Assembly (NCBI GenBank): GCA_019351995.1
Contig: JABBOD010000014.1
Coordinates: 1,457-65,456, forward strand
Length of the DNA: 64,000 nt
Direction: 5' to 3'
From: Acidobacteriota bacterium
Lineage (GTDB): Bacteria; Actinomycetota; Actinomycetes; Actinomycetales; Microbacteriaceae
Below, piece after piece: positions 8,616 through 18,464 of the stretch; position 1 is the first letter of the stretch; the number at the start of each line of letters is the position of its first letter. The position numbers and the translations under genes are program-made. The notes beneath the pieces are model-generated. The model ran no database searches. It had not been told where the DNA came from and was given only the letters and a program-made list of their open reading frames with translations.

Positions 8616-10046
8616 GTGGCCAGACGGCTCCCGTCGCAGCCTCCGGTGCTGCCGGGCTTCTCCTACGTGCACGTGCTCGGTTCTGGCGGATTCGCGGACG
8701 TCTTCCTCTACGAACAGAACATGCCTCGTCGCCAGGTTGCCGTCAAGGTCATGCTCAGTGAGGTCGTCAACGACCAGGTACGGCAGATGTTCCAGGCCGA
8801 AGCCAACCTGATGGCGCAACTCAGCGCCCATCCCGCGATTCTCACCGTCTACCAGGCGAGCGTGTCGAGCGACGGTCGGCCGTTCCTCGTGATGGAGCTC
8901 TGCTCCGCGGCCCTCAGTGAGCGCTACCGCCGCGAGAGCATCCCGGTCCCCGAGGTCCTGCGGATCGCCGTCAAGATCGGCAGCGCGATCGAGACCGCCC
9001 ACCGTGCGGGTGTTCTGCACCGGGACATCAAACCGTCCAATATCCTGCTGACGGCGTACGGGCATCCGGTGCTCTCGGACTTCGGCATCGCCTCGACGCT
9101 GACCGCCTCGCGGGAAGACGACGCGGTCGGGCTCTCCATCCCGTGGTCGGCGCCGGAGGTGTTGCTCGACGAGACCCCTGGCAGCATCGGCTCCGAAGTG
9201 TGGGCCTTCGCCGCCACGGTGTACTCGCTTCTGGCCGGGCGGTCTCCCTTCGAGGTGCCGGGCGGTTCGAACACCTCGAGCGACCTCATGGGTCGGATCG
9301 CCAGGGCCAAGCCGCAGGCCATAGGCCGTGCCGACGTCCCGGCCAGCTTGGAGAACCTGCTTCGCCGCTCGATGTCGCGTCGACCCGAGCTGCGGCCGGG
9401 AAGTGTGCTCGAGGTGGTTCGTGAGCTGCAACTCATCGAGACCGAGCTCGGGGTCCCACAGACCGCGATCGAGGTCGCGATGGACGACTGGGCACTCGGC
9501 ACCGTCTCCGACCTGGAAGAGCGAACCCGCTTGCGCCCGCTGGCCGGCGCAGCAGGGACGAAACCCGTTCGTCGTCGTCGCCGCGTGTCAGGAGCACACC
9601 CCGACTACCACCCCGTCGGCACCCTCCGCGAAGCCAGCGTGCCCGGCGCGCCCCGCTCCAACAGCCGCGCTTCGACTCCGCCGCGGAACCCGCGAGCGCT
9701 GACCTGGTTCATCGTGATCGCCGCGGTGGTCATCATCGCGCTCGGCAGCACCGCCCTCGTCGTGTTGATCCGCGCCAACTCCGGCAGCGGCATCCCGTCC
9801 GTCGCGGACATCTCGGCGACCCGGACGGGAAGCACGGTGCATTTCAGCTGGAAAGATCCGGGCCTCGCCACGGGCGATCGGTACCAGATCCAGGTCATCG
9901 GTGGCACCTCGAGCATTCAGCTCAATCCGCGATTCGTCGTGGATGGCACGGTCGGCGAGACGGTGTGCATCACCGTCTCGGTCAACCGGGACGGCAAGAC
10001 GGGCAACCCCAGTCCCAACAAATGCGTTGACGTGACCGGTGGGTGA
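8616..10046 (+). CDS. transmembrane Ser/Thr protein kinase with FN3-like ectodomain
   Basis: Gly-loop 'LGSGGFADVF', 'VAVKVM', 'HRDIKPSNILL', 'DFGIA' and 'SAPE'. One TM helix ('WFIVIAAVVIIALGSTALVVLI') is followed by an ~85-aa beta-rich ectodomain. A GAGGAGG RBS precedes the GTG start. Confidence 0.9.
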   Translation: MARRLPSQPPVLPGFSYVHVLGSGGFADVFLYEQNMPRRQVAVKVMLSEVVNDQVRQMFQAEANLMAQLSAHPAILTVYQASVSSDGRPFLVMELCSAALSERYRRESIPVPEVLRIAVKIGSAIETAHRAGVLHRDIKPSNILLTAYGHPVLSDFGIASTLTASREDDAVGLSIPWSAPEVLLDETPGSIGSEVWAFAATVYSLLAGRSPFEVPGGSNTSSDLMGRIARAKPQAIGRADVPASLENLLRRSMSRRPELRPGSVLEVVRELQLIETELGVPQTAIEVAMDDWALGTVSDLEERTRLRPLAGAAGTKPVRRRRRVSGAHPDYHPVGTLREASVPGAPRSNSRASTPPRNPRALTWFIVIAAVVIIALGSTALVVLIRANSGSGIPSVADISATRTGSTVHFSWKDPGLATGDRYQIQVIGGTSSIQLNPRFVVDGTVGETVCITVSVNRDGKTGNPSPNKCVDVTGG

Positions 10047-10052
10047 GTCCGC

Positions 10053-13000
10053 ATGATCGGGAAGTGGTTCGCTGCTCATCGCTCGCTCGTCGCGACCGCG
10101 ACGAGCGGCACGGTGATCGCCATCGTGGTGGCGACCATCGCGGTGGTCTCGTCGGGTTTCACCGCGCAGAAACTCGATCTGGGTGACGGCAGCGTATGGG
10201 TTGCCAATAGCGGCTCGCAGGTGGTGGGGCGGGCGAATCCCGCTGTTCTGGAGCTCAACTCCGTGGTGCGAAGCCCCGGGTCCGAACTGTCCATCGTGCA
10301 GTCGGGCACCGAGGTTCTGCTCATCGACCACACCGATGCGACGGTGTCGATCGTCGACCCGGCGACCTCGACGACCGGCGCGAGCATCGCTCTCCCGCCG
10401 AACCAACCGGAGGTTTTTCTCGCCGGATCGCGAGTGGTGATCTACGAGGCGGGCACCGGGGAGCTGTGGCTCCAGCAACAGAGCACTCTGCAGAGCTTCG
10501 ACGCGACCACTCCCGCCACCCTGAGCCTGGGCATGGGGACCGTTATCAGCGTTTCTCCCGACGGGACTCTTGTCGCATACTCGCCTCAGCTGGGCCAGGT
10601 CTACCGATTCGACGCCAGCACCTCGGATCAGGTGACTCAGAGCTGGCCCGTGAACCTGGGGGCTGCCTCCGACGCGGTGCAGGTCACCTCGGTGGGCGAC
10701 CAGTGGGCCGTTCTGGATTCCACGTCCCGCAAGTTCGCGGTCGACGGCCACGTGACCGACGTCTCACGGCTGTTGTCGGCTGACGGCACCGCCAAGCTCC
10801 AGCTGCCAGGCGACGCGGCGTCCCGCGTGCTGTTGGCCACCGGGACAGCGCTCTACGGCATCCCTGTCGACGGGACGGCGCCATCCACCATCCTCGACGG
10901 GCTCTCGGGCTCGGCTGCAGCGCCGGCGGTCCGTGACGGCTGCCAGTACGCGGCATGGACCTCCGGGTCCGCCTGGCGACAGTGCGCGGGAGATCCGGCG
11001 GCCGGAACCCGTCTGAACCTGAAGTCGATGCCAGGCGGAGCCCAGCTGAGTTTCGCGAGCAACGTGAAGCATCTCGTGCTCAATGACGCCCGAGGCGGCG
11101 GGACCTGGGCGGTGCAGGCCGCTGGCGAGCTGATCGACAACTGGGCGGCGCTGATCCCGAAGGACACCAACCAGCAGGCGCAGCAGAACGCGCAGGATGT
11201 GCCGCCCACGATCGATCCCGTGCAGAAGCCCCCGGTCGCCGTCGACGACAACTTCGGCGCCCGTCCGGGCAAGACGACCGTTCTTCCCGTCCTCCTGAAC
11301 GACTATTCGCCCAACGGCGACGTGCTGGCGATCACGGCGTTCGACACGATCGATCCAACGGTCGGACGTCTCGACCTGGTCAGTCGCAACCAGGAACTGC
11401 AGATCACCCTCCCGTCGACGGCATCCGGTGTCATCACCTTCGGCTACACGATCAGCGACGGTCGAGGCGGCACCGCGAGCGCGACCGTCCGAGTGACGGT
11501 GCACCCGTGGCAAGAGAACTCACCCCCTCAGCAGGTGCGGGTGACCAAGACGACCGTCGCCGAGGGTGGGCGTGTCTCGACGCAGGTGATCAGCGACTGG
11601 ATCGACCCGGACGGAGATCCCTTCTACCTGGTCTCGGCGACGACCAGCGGCACCGACAAGCTGAGCTACCAACCCAACGGCGTCGTCGTGTTCACGGACT
11701 CGGGCGACGGCGGCTTGCAGAAGAATGTCACCCTCACCATGAGCGACGGTCGGGCCGAAGGCAATGGCAACCTCGCCATCACCGTGAAACCGGTCGGCCA
11801 GGTGCCGATCGTCGTCGAACCCTGGATCGCTTTGGCGACGGCCGGAGAGCAGGTCACGCTCAGCCCGATGTCTCATCTGCGCGGCGGGAACGCCACCGTG
11901 CGTCTCAACGCGGTGCCCGCGAAGGCCGGCATCACCATCGTGCCGAGCTTCGACGCCGGGACCTTCACCTTCCAAAGTGACGTGGTGGGCACGCACTATG
12001 TGGATTTCACGGTCACCGATGGCACCCAGAACGTGACGGGCACGGTCCGGGTGGATGTCCAGCCTCCACCCAGTGCGGGGACACGTCCGGTCACGGTGCC
12101 GCAGACCGTCTTCGTGACGACGCTCGGGACCGCCACGATCGATCCCACCGCCACCGACATCGATCCGGCGGGCGGGGTGCTCGTGGTCACCGGACTGTCC
12201 AATGTGCCGATCGGGTCCGGGGTGGAGGCCGAAGTTCTCGACCAGCGCTCCGTGCGCGTCACCCTCAGTAAGCCACTCGAGGGCGCAAGCGTCGTCTTCA
12301 ACTATCGGATCAGCAACGGGCTCGCGGATGCCGTCGGCACCATCACGGTGGTGGAGATCCCCCGTCCCGCTCGGCTTCAACCGCCGGTCGCGGTCGACGA
12401 CTCCGTCACGGTGCGCGTCGGCGCTGTCATCGACATTCCGGTGCTGAACAACGACTCGCAGCCCGATGGCGAGCCGATCACCCTGCTGCCCAAGCTGGCG
12501 AAACCGCTGCCGAACGGGGCCGGCCTGCTCTTCGTCTCCGGCAACAAGCTGAGGTATTTGGCGCCGCAGACGGCCGGCAACTACTCCGCCACGTACTCGA
12601 TCGCCGGGCCGGACGGTCAGACGGCGCAGGCGGCAGTGGACATCTCGGTGCGGGAAGTCGATCTGGCCACCAACAACCCGCCCGTCCCGAAGCAGGTGAC
12701 GGCGAGAGTGCTCGCGGGGGAGACCGTCAACATCCCGATCCCGCTCGCGGGGATCGATCCTGACGGTGACTCCGTGCAGCTGATCGGAGTGGCCACCAAC
12801 CCGGAGAAGGGTTCGATCCTCTCGGTCGCGAACGGCGTGATCACCTACCAGTCGGGGAACTACTCCTCGGGAACGGATTCGTTCACCTACACCGTGGTTG
12901 ACGGCCTCGGGGCACGAGCCACCGGCACCGTCCGCGTCGGCATCAGTCCGCGGCTCGACGGTGCTCGCAACCCGGTGGCGAATGCCGACTCGGTCGAGGT

Positions 13001-16000
13001 GCGTCCCGGGCGGACCGTCTCGGTGCAGGTTCTGGCGAACGACTCCGATCCTGACGGCAGCCCGCTGACCGTCATCACGGCAACGCCGAACACGCCGAAC
13101 ACCACCGCGAAGATCGTCAACAAGACCCTTGTCGACATCACACCGCCCAGGGCACCCGGACTGTACTCGGTGATCTACACGATCCAAAACCAATACGGCG
13201 GCACCAGTTCCAATTTCGTCACCGTCAAGGTGGACCCGAACGCACCTCTCTCCTATCCGATCGTCAATGACACGACGCTTTCGGTGACCGACGTGCTCGG
13301 CCGCACCACGGTCGACGTCGCGGAGCTCAACAATGTCTTCTTCGCCGACGGCAGTGTGCAGGACTTGGGAGTGTCGCTCCTGCAGGGGTACAGCGGAAGC
13401 GCTGAGGTGCTCCCCAACAAGAAGATCCGTGTCCAGATCCTCAATAAGAGCCAGATCATCCCGTTCTCGGTGTCCAACCCCGACAGTGACGCGATCCGGT
13501 CGTACGGCTTCATCCGAGTGCCGGGCTACGACGACGCGCTGCCGCAGGTCAATCTCAAAGCGCCTCTGCTGAGGGTGAAGAGCGAGCAGCCGCTGACCAT
13601 CGATCTCAACCAGTACGTCGTCGCGCTCGGCAGCGCCAGCGTGCACATCACGGACTCGGCCTCCGTCAAGGCCACGCACGCCAATGGCAATTCCCTCGTC
13701 GTGAACGACCACACTCTGGTCTACACCTCGGCCAATCGCTATTTCGGACCCGCGTCGATCACCTTCGAGGTGACCGACGGCAGGTCGGCGACCGATCCGA
13801 ACGGCCGCACGGCGATCCTGACGCTGGCGATCGACGTGCAGCCGAGGGATAACCAGCCACCGGTGTTCATCGGCGGTGTCGTGGACTTCGAGCAGGGGCA
13901 ATCCAAAGAGCTCGACCTCGTGCGGTTGACCAATTACCCATACCCGGATGTCAACGAACTCAAGTACACGGTGCTCGCCCCCGACCCGACCGGCTTCACG
14001 TTCGCCGTCAACGGCCAGCGCCTGGAGATCACCGCGAACGACACCGCCGTGACCGGCAGCACGACGTCCATCTCGCTGGGCGTTCGTGACGCGGTGAACA
14101 CCGGACAGGCCGGCGTCATTCAACTGCTGGTCGTGCCATCGACACGGCCGCTCGCACAACCGGTTCCGGACTCCGCGGTCGCCCGGCGGGGCCAGACCAC
14201 CAACCTCGACGTCCTGAGCAACGATCAGGCCAACAACCCCTTCCCTCGGACCCCACTGCGCGTGGTGAGCATCCGCGGGATCGATGGAGCGTCACTTCCC
14301 GCGGGTGTGACCATCACCCCGAGCGCCGACAACTCGCGGGTGACCGTGCAGGTCGCGGCGGGGGCAGTCCCCGGCAACGTCGACTTCCAGTACGAGGTCG
14401 CCGACGCCACCAACGACCCGAACCGGTACGTCTGGGGCAACGCGACCATCTCGATCCAGGACGTCCCCGATCCCGTCACCGGCCTGCGTGCCACCGAGTT
14501 CGGGGACCACTACCTCAAGTTCTCCTGGCTTCCCGGCCAGTTCAACAACTCGCCGATCACCGAATACGACCTGACGCTGAGCAACGCGTCGAGCGGTTCC
14601 GTCATCTCGACGACCGTCTGCACCACGACGTCGGGATGTCAGGTCACGACGCCCGGCAACGGCCCGAGCAACGCGGTCCGCGCCTCGGTCGTCGCCGTCA
14701 ACGCGATCGGACCGTCGACGCCGACGTCGAACCCCGACCCGATTTGGTCTGACATCATCCCGCCGCCGCCGACCGGTCTCAGCTCCCGTCCGCTCGACGG
14801 CGGTCTGCGCGTGGGCTGGACGAAGCCGGCCGACACCGGTGGAAGCTCGATCGAGCAGTACGTCGTCGTCGTGGGCGGCGTCAGCCAGGTGGTCACCGTC
14901 AGCCCGTCCGACCCGGTCGGCACGCCGTACTACGCGAACATCACCGGGGGGTCCATCGCGAATGGCACCGCGGTGGCGTTCTCGGTCAGCGCTCGCAACA
15001 GCGCGCCGAACACCTTGGCCCGCTGGAACGAGACGGATGGGACGGGCACGCCGGCAGGAGCTCCTCTGGTGGCCGGAAGCCCGGCGGCGACCGGGTCGGT
15101 GACCGACGGCTCGACCGCCAGTGTGAGTTGGGGTGGCGCCTTCGCCGGCAACGGGGCGACCATCACCGACTACTACGTGGCGATCTTTACCGGCTCGGCT
15201 CCGAGCTGCACCGTCTCCGGTGTCGACAGCGGCAGTCCGGTGCTGACGCCCCCGAGCGGCAACGTTCAGCACGTGGTCGGAGCGATGAGCAGCGCCGTCT
15301 TCTCGGGCTTGTCGGCCAACCAGCCGTATTCGATCATCGTGTTCGCGTACAACGGCCAGGGGTGCACCCCGTCGGCGAGTGTGCAGGTCACCCCGCGCGC
15401 GCAGCCCGGGACGGTGACCTCGATCGAGATCTCCCCTCCCACTCCCAGTGGCTCGGGCACCTGGGACTACAGCATCGGCGGTCTGGCATTTGCGGCAGGG
15501 TCCGCGTCGACCAGTTACACCGGGTACCGGTATCGCTATGTCGCGGGAGCAGAGGGATCGATTCACGACTACGTGAAGATCGGCTCGGTGCTTGCGACCT
15601 CGGACGGCTCGCAGTACGGCCACCTGGATGCCATCCAGGTGCAGGCGTGCAACGACTACGGCGGCGGCACCGTGCTCTGCAGCGCCGACTGGTCAGGAAC
15701 GATCTCGTTGGGGACCCCGGTCAACAACAGCGTGCCCGGCGGTCTGACCGCGAAGCTGGACGCCCCGCAGCCGGCAGTGAGCAGCTCGGGCGTGTGGTCG
15801 TGGGGTTCCTCGCCGACCGGTGCGTACGAGGCGATGGACTTCTCCTGCGACGGGGGTGCCACCTGGACGCCGCTCGCTTTCGGTGCTCCCGGGAGCTGCC
15901 ATGCCGTCGGCCCGCTGGCCGGGCCGCCTGCCAACCTTCAGATCCGCATCCAGGCCGACGGGGTTCAGGGCGGTTTTGTGCGAACGTACCTGTGGACGGA

Positions 16001-16013
16001 CTACCAGCAATGA
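10053..16013 (+). CDS. giant (1,986 aa) N-terminally membrane-anchored surface protein with cadherin/Ig-like and fibronectin type III repeats
   Basis: Single N-terminal TM helix. There are about 7 modules carrying '..ND..PDGD/DPDG' calcium-type motifs (nt ~11.2-14.3 kb), then FN3-like modules ('TGLRATEF..YLKFSW', 'TGLSSRPL..LRVGW') from ~14.46 kb. All 10 Cys occur as 5 local pairs. No LPXTG motif. Confidence 0.9.
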   Translation: MIGKWFAAHRSLVATATSGTVIAIVVATIAVVSSGFTAQKLDLGDGSVWVANSGSQVVGRANPAVLELNSVVRSPGSELSIVQSGTEVLLIDHTDATVSIVDPATSTTGASIALPPNQPEVFLAGSRVVIYEAGTGELWLQQQSTLQSFDATTPATLSLGMGTVISVSPDGTLVAYSPQLGQVYRFDASTSDQVTQSWPVNLGAASDAVQVTSVGDQWAVLDSTSRKFAVDGHVTDVSRLLSADGTAKLQLPGDAASRVLLATGTALYGIPVDGTAPSTILDGLSGSAAAPAVRDGCQYAAWTSGSAWRQCAGDPAAGTRLNLKSMPGGAQLSFASNVKHLVLNDARGGGTWAVQAAGELIDNWAALIPKDTNQQAQQNAQDVPPTIDPVQKPPVAVDDNFGARPGKTTVLPVLLNDYSPNGDVLAITAFDTIDPTVGRLDLVSRNQELQITLPSTASGVITFGYTISDGRGGTASATVRVTVHPWQENSPPQQVRVTKTTVAEGGRVSTQVISDWIDPDGDPFYLVSATTSGTDKLSYQPNGVVVFTDSGDGGLQKNVTLTMSDGRAEGNGNLAITVKPVGQVPIVVEPWIALATAGEQVTLSPMSHLRGGNATVRLNAVPAKAGITIVPSFDAGTFTFQSDVVGTHYVDFTVTDGTQNVTGTVRVDVQPPPSAGTRPVTVPQTVFVTTLGTATIDPTATDIDPAGGVLVVTGLSNVPIGSGVEAEVLDQRSVRVTLSKPLEGASVVFNYRISNGLADAVGTITVVEIPRPARLQPPVAVDDSVTVRVGAVIDIPVLNNDSQPDGEPITLLPKLAKPLPNGAGLLFVSGNKLRYLAPQTAGNYSATYSIAGPDGQTAQAAVDISVREVDLATNNPPVPKQVTARVLAGETVNIPIPLAGIDPDGDSVQLIGVATNPEKGSILSVANGVITYQSGNYSSGTDSFTYTVVDGLGARATGTVRVGISPRLDGARNPVANADSVEVRPGRTVSVQVLANDSDPDGSPLTVITATPNTPNTTAKIVNKTLVDITPPRAPGLYSVIYTIQNQYGGTSSNFVTVKVDPNAPLSYPIVNDTTLSVTDVLGRTTVDVAELNNVFFADGSVQDLGVSLLQGYSGSAEVLPNKKIRVQILNKSQIIPFSVSNPDSDAIRSYGFIRVPGYDDALPQVNLKAPLLRVKSEQPLTIDLNQYVVALGSASVHITDSASVKATHANGNSLVVNDHTLVYTSANRYFGPASITFEVTDGRSATDPNGRTAILTLAIDVQPRDNQPPVFIGGVVDFEQGQSKELDLVRLTNYPYPDVNELKYTVLAPDPTGFTFAVNGQRLEITANDTAVTGSTTSISLGVRDAVNTGQAGVIQLLVVPSTRPLAQPVPDSAVARRGQTTNLDVLSNDQANNPFPRTPLRVVSIRGIDGASLPAGVTITPSADNSRVTVQVAAGAVPGNVDFQYEVADATNDPNRYVWGNATISIQDVPDPVTGLRATEFGDHYLKFSWLPGQFNNSPITEYDLTLSNASSGSVISTTVCTTTSGCQVTTPGNGPSNAVRASVVAVNAIGPSTPTSNPDPIWSDIIPPPPTGLSSRPLDGGLRVGWTKPADTGGSSIEQYVVVVGGVSQVVTVSPSDPVGTPYYANITGGSIANGTAVAFSVSARNSAPNTLARWNETDGTGTPAGAPLVAGSPAATGSVTDGSTASVSWGGAFAGNGATITDYYVAIFTGSAPSCTVSGVDSGSPVLTPPSGNVQHVVGAMSSAVFSGLSANQPYSIIVFAYNGQGCTPSASVQVTPRAQPGTVTSIEISPPTPSGSGTWDYSIGGLAFAAGSASTSYTGYRYRYVAGAEGSIHDYVKIGSVLATSDGSQYGHLDAIQVQACNDYGGGTVLCSADWSGTISLGTPVNNSVPGGLTAKLDAPQPAVSSSGVWSWGSSPTGAYEAMDFSCDGGATWTPLAFGAPGSCHAVGPLAGPPANLQIRIQADGVQGGFVRTYLWTDYQQ

Positions 16014-16086
16014 GGCGCAACAGCCGATCCCGATTCCCGCGACACCGCGTCACCCGCGCGGCCCGACCCGAGAGGAACACCCCGCG

Positions 16087-17058
16087 ATGAGCATGACCCC
16101 GGAACAGGCATCCGCCTTCCAGGAGACCTTCGGGCGACTTGTCAGCAATGTCGAGCAGGTGCTGCTCGGCAAGACCTTCGTCGTTCGCCTCGGCTTTGTC
16201 GCGTTGTTCAGCGAGGGCCACCTGCTGCTCGAGGACTTTCCCGGAACGGGAAAGACCTCTTTGGCTCGCGCGATCGGGCAGAGTGTCTCGGGCACCAGCA
16301 ACCGCATCCAGTTCACCCCGGACCTGCTCCCCGGTGACATCACGGGCGTCAGCGTCTACGACCAGCGCACGGGCGAGTTCGATTTCCACAGCGGTCCGGT
16401 TTTCGCCAACATCGTCCTGGCGGACGAGATCAACCGCGCAAGTCCCAAGACTCAGGCCGCACTGCTTGAGGTGATGGAGGAAGGGCAGGTCACCGTTGAC
16501 GGCGAGACGCATCCGGTGGATGCGCCCTTCATGGTGATCGCGACACAGAACCCGATCGAGCAAGCAGGCACCTACCGCCTCCCCGAGGCGCAGCTCGACC
16601 GCTTCCTGCTGAAGGCCTCCATCGGCTATCCGGATCACGCCTCGACCATGCGCATCCTCGAGGGCGCGGGTGTGAAGGCGCACAACACAACGGTCCCGGC
16701 CATCGTGACCGCGGATGCTGTGCTCGAGATGGCACAGCTGGCGCGCACGGTCCACGTCGACCCCAGCGTCAACGACTACGTCTCCCGCTTGGTCGAGTCC
16801 ACCCGTAGCGCCACCGAGGTACGACTCGGCGTCAGCGTTCGCGGCGCCTTGGCGTTGGTGCGGGCCGCGAAGACCTTGGCCGCCGCGTCCGGTCGCCACT
16901 ATGTGATCCCGGATGACGTGAAGTCGTTGGCCGACTCCGTGCTGTCCCACCGGCTCGTGCTCGACCCCGAGGCCGAGTTCGATGGCGTCACCCCGTCGAG
17001 TGTCATCGCCCAGCTGCTGCTCGAGACGGTGCCGCCGAGCGATCGGCAAGCCGTGTGA
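16087..17058 (+). CDS. MoxR-family AAA+ ATPase
   Basis: 'LLEDFPGTGKTSLARA' (Walker A), 'VLADEINRA' (Walker B) and 'ATQNPIEQAGTYRLPEAQLDRF'. The start was set at ATG 16087 (MSMTPEQ). The upstream ORF-track extension overlaps the giant gene. Confidence 0.9.
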   Translation: MSMTPEQASAFQETFGRLVSNVEQVLLGKTFVVRLGFVALFSEGHLLLEDFPGTGKTSLARAIGQSVSGTSNRIQFTPDLLPGDITGVSVYDQRTGEFDFHSGPVFANIVLADEINRASPKTQAALLEVMEEGQVTVDGETHPVDAPFMVIATQNPIEQAGTYRLPEAQLDRFLLKASIGYPDHASTMRILEGAGVKAHNTTVPAIVTADAVLEMAQLARTVHVDPSVNDYVSRLVESTRSATEVRLGVSVRGALALVRAAKTLAAASGRHYVIPDDVKSLADSVLSHRLVLDPEAEFDGVTPSSVIAQLLLETVPPSDRQAV

Positions 17059-18464
17059 GCACCCCGCGCGGGAACCGTCAGCGTGCCACGTCGTCACCGG
17101 CGAACGTGTCCGCGCATCTCGACGCGCCCGCACACCCCGGAAGGGTCGGGCTCTCGAACACCCGCACCCGGATCGTCGGCGCCCGGGAGGGCATCCTGGC
17201 GGATGCCGTCATCAACCTCGTGCGTGTCGGGGCGGCGCTCGGCGCCATGACGTCCCGACTCACCGCGAGGATCGCGTCGGTGGTCACGCCGCTTGGCTGG
17301 GTGATCCTGGGCGTCATCCCGCTCGGTTTCGCGGCCGGCTACCTTCTCGGCTGGATGGAGCTGGTCGTGGTGGCATGGGCGGGTGTCATGCTCGCACTCT
17401 TCGCGCTGCTCTACCTCGTCGGTCGTTCGCCGTTCCATGTGCGGCTCGACCTCGCGCACCGTCGTGTCGTCGTCGGTGAGCCGGCGCGCGGTGCCGTCAC
17501 CGTCGACAACCCGAGCGCACGCCGCACCTTCGGGACGAAGGTCGAGATCCCCGTCGGGCTCGGGCTCGCCGAACTCGCCATCCCGAGCCTGCGGAAGGGA
17601 GCAGAGTTCACGCAGGACTTCGCCATTCCCACACTCCGCCGCGGAGTCATCCGGGTCGGCCCGGTGCGCACCGTACGCGCCGACCCGATCGGGCTCGTTC
17701 GGCGCGAGCTGGTCTGGACCGACATGGTCGACCTCATCGTCCATCCGCGCACGATCGGCGTGCCGTCGACCAGTACCGGTCTCATCCGCGACCTCGAGGG
17801 AGCGCCGACGCGCGACCTGACATCCAGCGACGTCGCCTTCCACGCGTTGCGCGAGTATCAGACGGGCGATGAGCGGCGATACATCCACTGGAAGTCGACG
17901 GCGAAGACCGGTGTCTACATGGTGCGTCAGTTCGAGGAGACCCGGCGAAGCCATCTCATGGTCGCCCTCAGCCTCTCGAACGCGGACTACGAGAGCGACG
18001 AGCAGTTCGAACTCGCGGTCAGTGCCGCCGGCAGTCTCGGCGTGCGCGCCATCCGCGACGGCCGCACCGTGTCCGTCGTGGCCAGTTCGATCACTCCGGA
18101 GTTCGCGAAGCGCAAGAACTTCGCGCTTCGTTCCCTCGCCACTCACCTCCCGTCCCGACTGCTCGACGAGCTCGCCGTCGTCGAAACATCGCCGAATGCT
18201 CTGCGCATCCGTGACGTCGCCAGGGTCGCGGCTGATGAGATCGTCGGCATCTCCGTCGCCTTCCTCATCTGCGGCGGGACACCGACGCCGTCGGAGTTGC
18301 GCGCCGCCTCCAGCTCCTTCCCGCTCGACGTCGCCTGCGTCGCGATCGTCTGCGATCCGGATGCCGTCCCCGGGTTCCGACGGGTTGCCGGCCTCAGCGT
18401 GTTGACCATCGGCTATCTCGACGACCTGCGGATCGCGCTCGCCCGATCGGCATCTCTCGCATGA
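17055..18464 (+). CDS. DUF58 domain-containing membrane protein (vWA-like partner of MoxR)
   Basis: Two N-terminal TM helices, then the DUF58 hallmark 'LREYQTGDERRYIHWKSTAKTG.YMVRQFEE'. GTGA overlap with the moxR stop. Confidence 0.85.
   Translation: MSTPRGNRQRATSSPANVSAHLDAPAHPGRVGLSNTRTRIVGAREGILADAVINLVRVGAALGAMTSRLTARIASVVTPLGWVILGVIPLGFAAGYLLGWMELVVVAWAGVMLALFALLYLVGRSPFHVRLDLAHRRVVVGEPARGAVTVDNPSARRTFGTKVEIPVGLGLAELAIPSLRKGAEFTQDFAIPTLRRGVIRVGPVRTVRADPIGLVRRELVWTDMVDLIVHPRTIGVPSTSTGLIRDLEGAPTRDLTSSDVAFHALREYQTGDERRYIHWKSTAKTGVYMVRQFEETRRSHLMVALSLSNADYESDEQFELAVSAAGSLGVRAIRDGRTVSVVASSITPEFAKRKNFALRSLATHLPSRLLDELAVVETSPNALRIRDVARVAADEIVGISVAFLICGGTPTPSELRAASSSFPLDVACVAIVCDPDAVPGFRRVAGLSVLTIGYLDDLRIALARSASLA

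Noticed and set aside
11200-15400. Periodic nucleotide repeats that could be mistaken for a CRISPR array or satellite.
   Set aside because: The periodicity is ~300 nt, in-frame and diverged, and it corresponds to Ig/cadherin/FN3 protein modules of the giant gene. There are no short identical direct repeats with unique spacers.
15820-16086. N-terminal extensions of ORF-track entries: MoxR from 15820, PotA from 27102, PotC from 28393, hydrolase from 48488, hydrolase from 50135, ProS from 54199, YlxR from 58337, Ald to 26081.
   Set aside because: The extensions overlap upstream genes in another frame and have Arg/Pro-rich nonsense composition. Homology, and an RBS or start/stop overlap, begins at the internal start codons used in the feature table.
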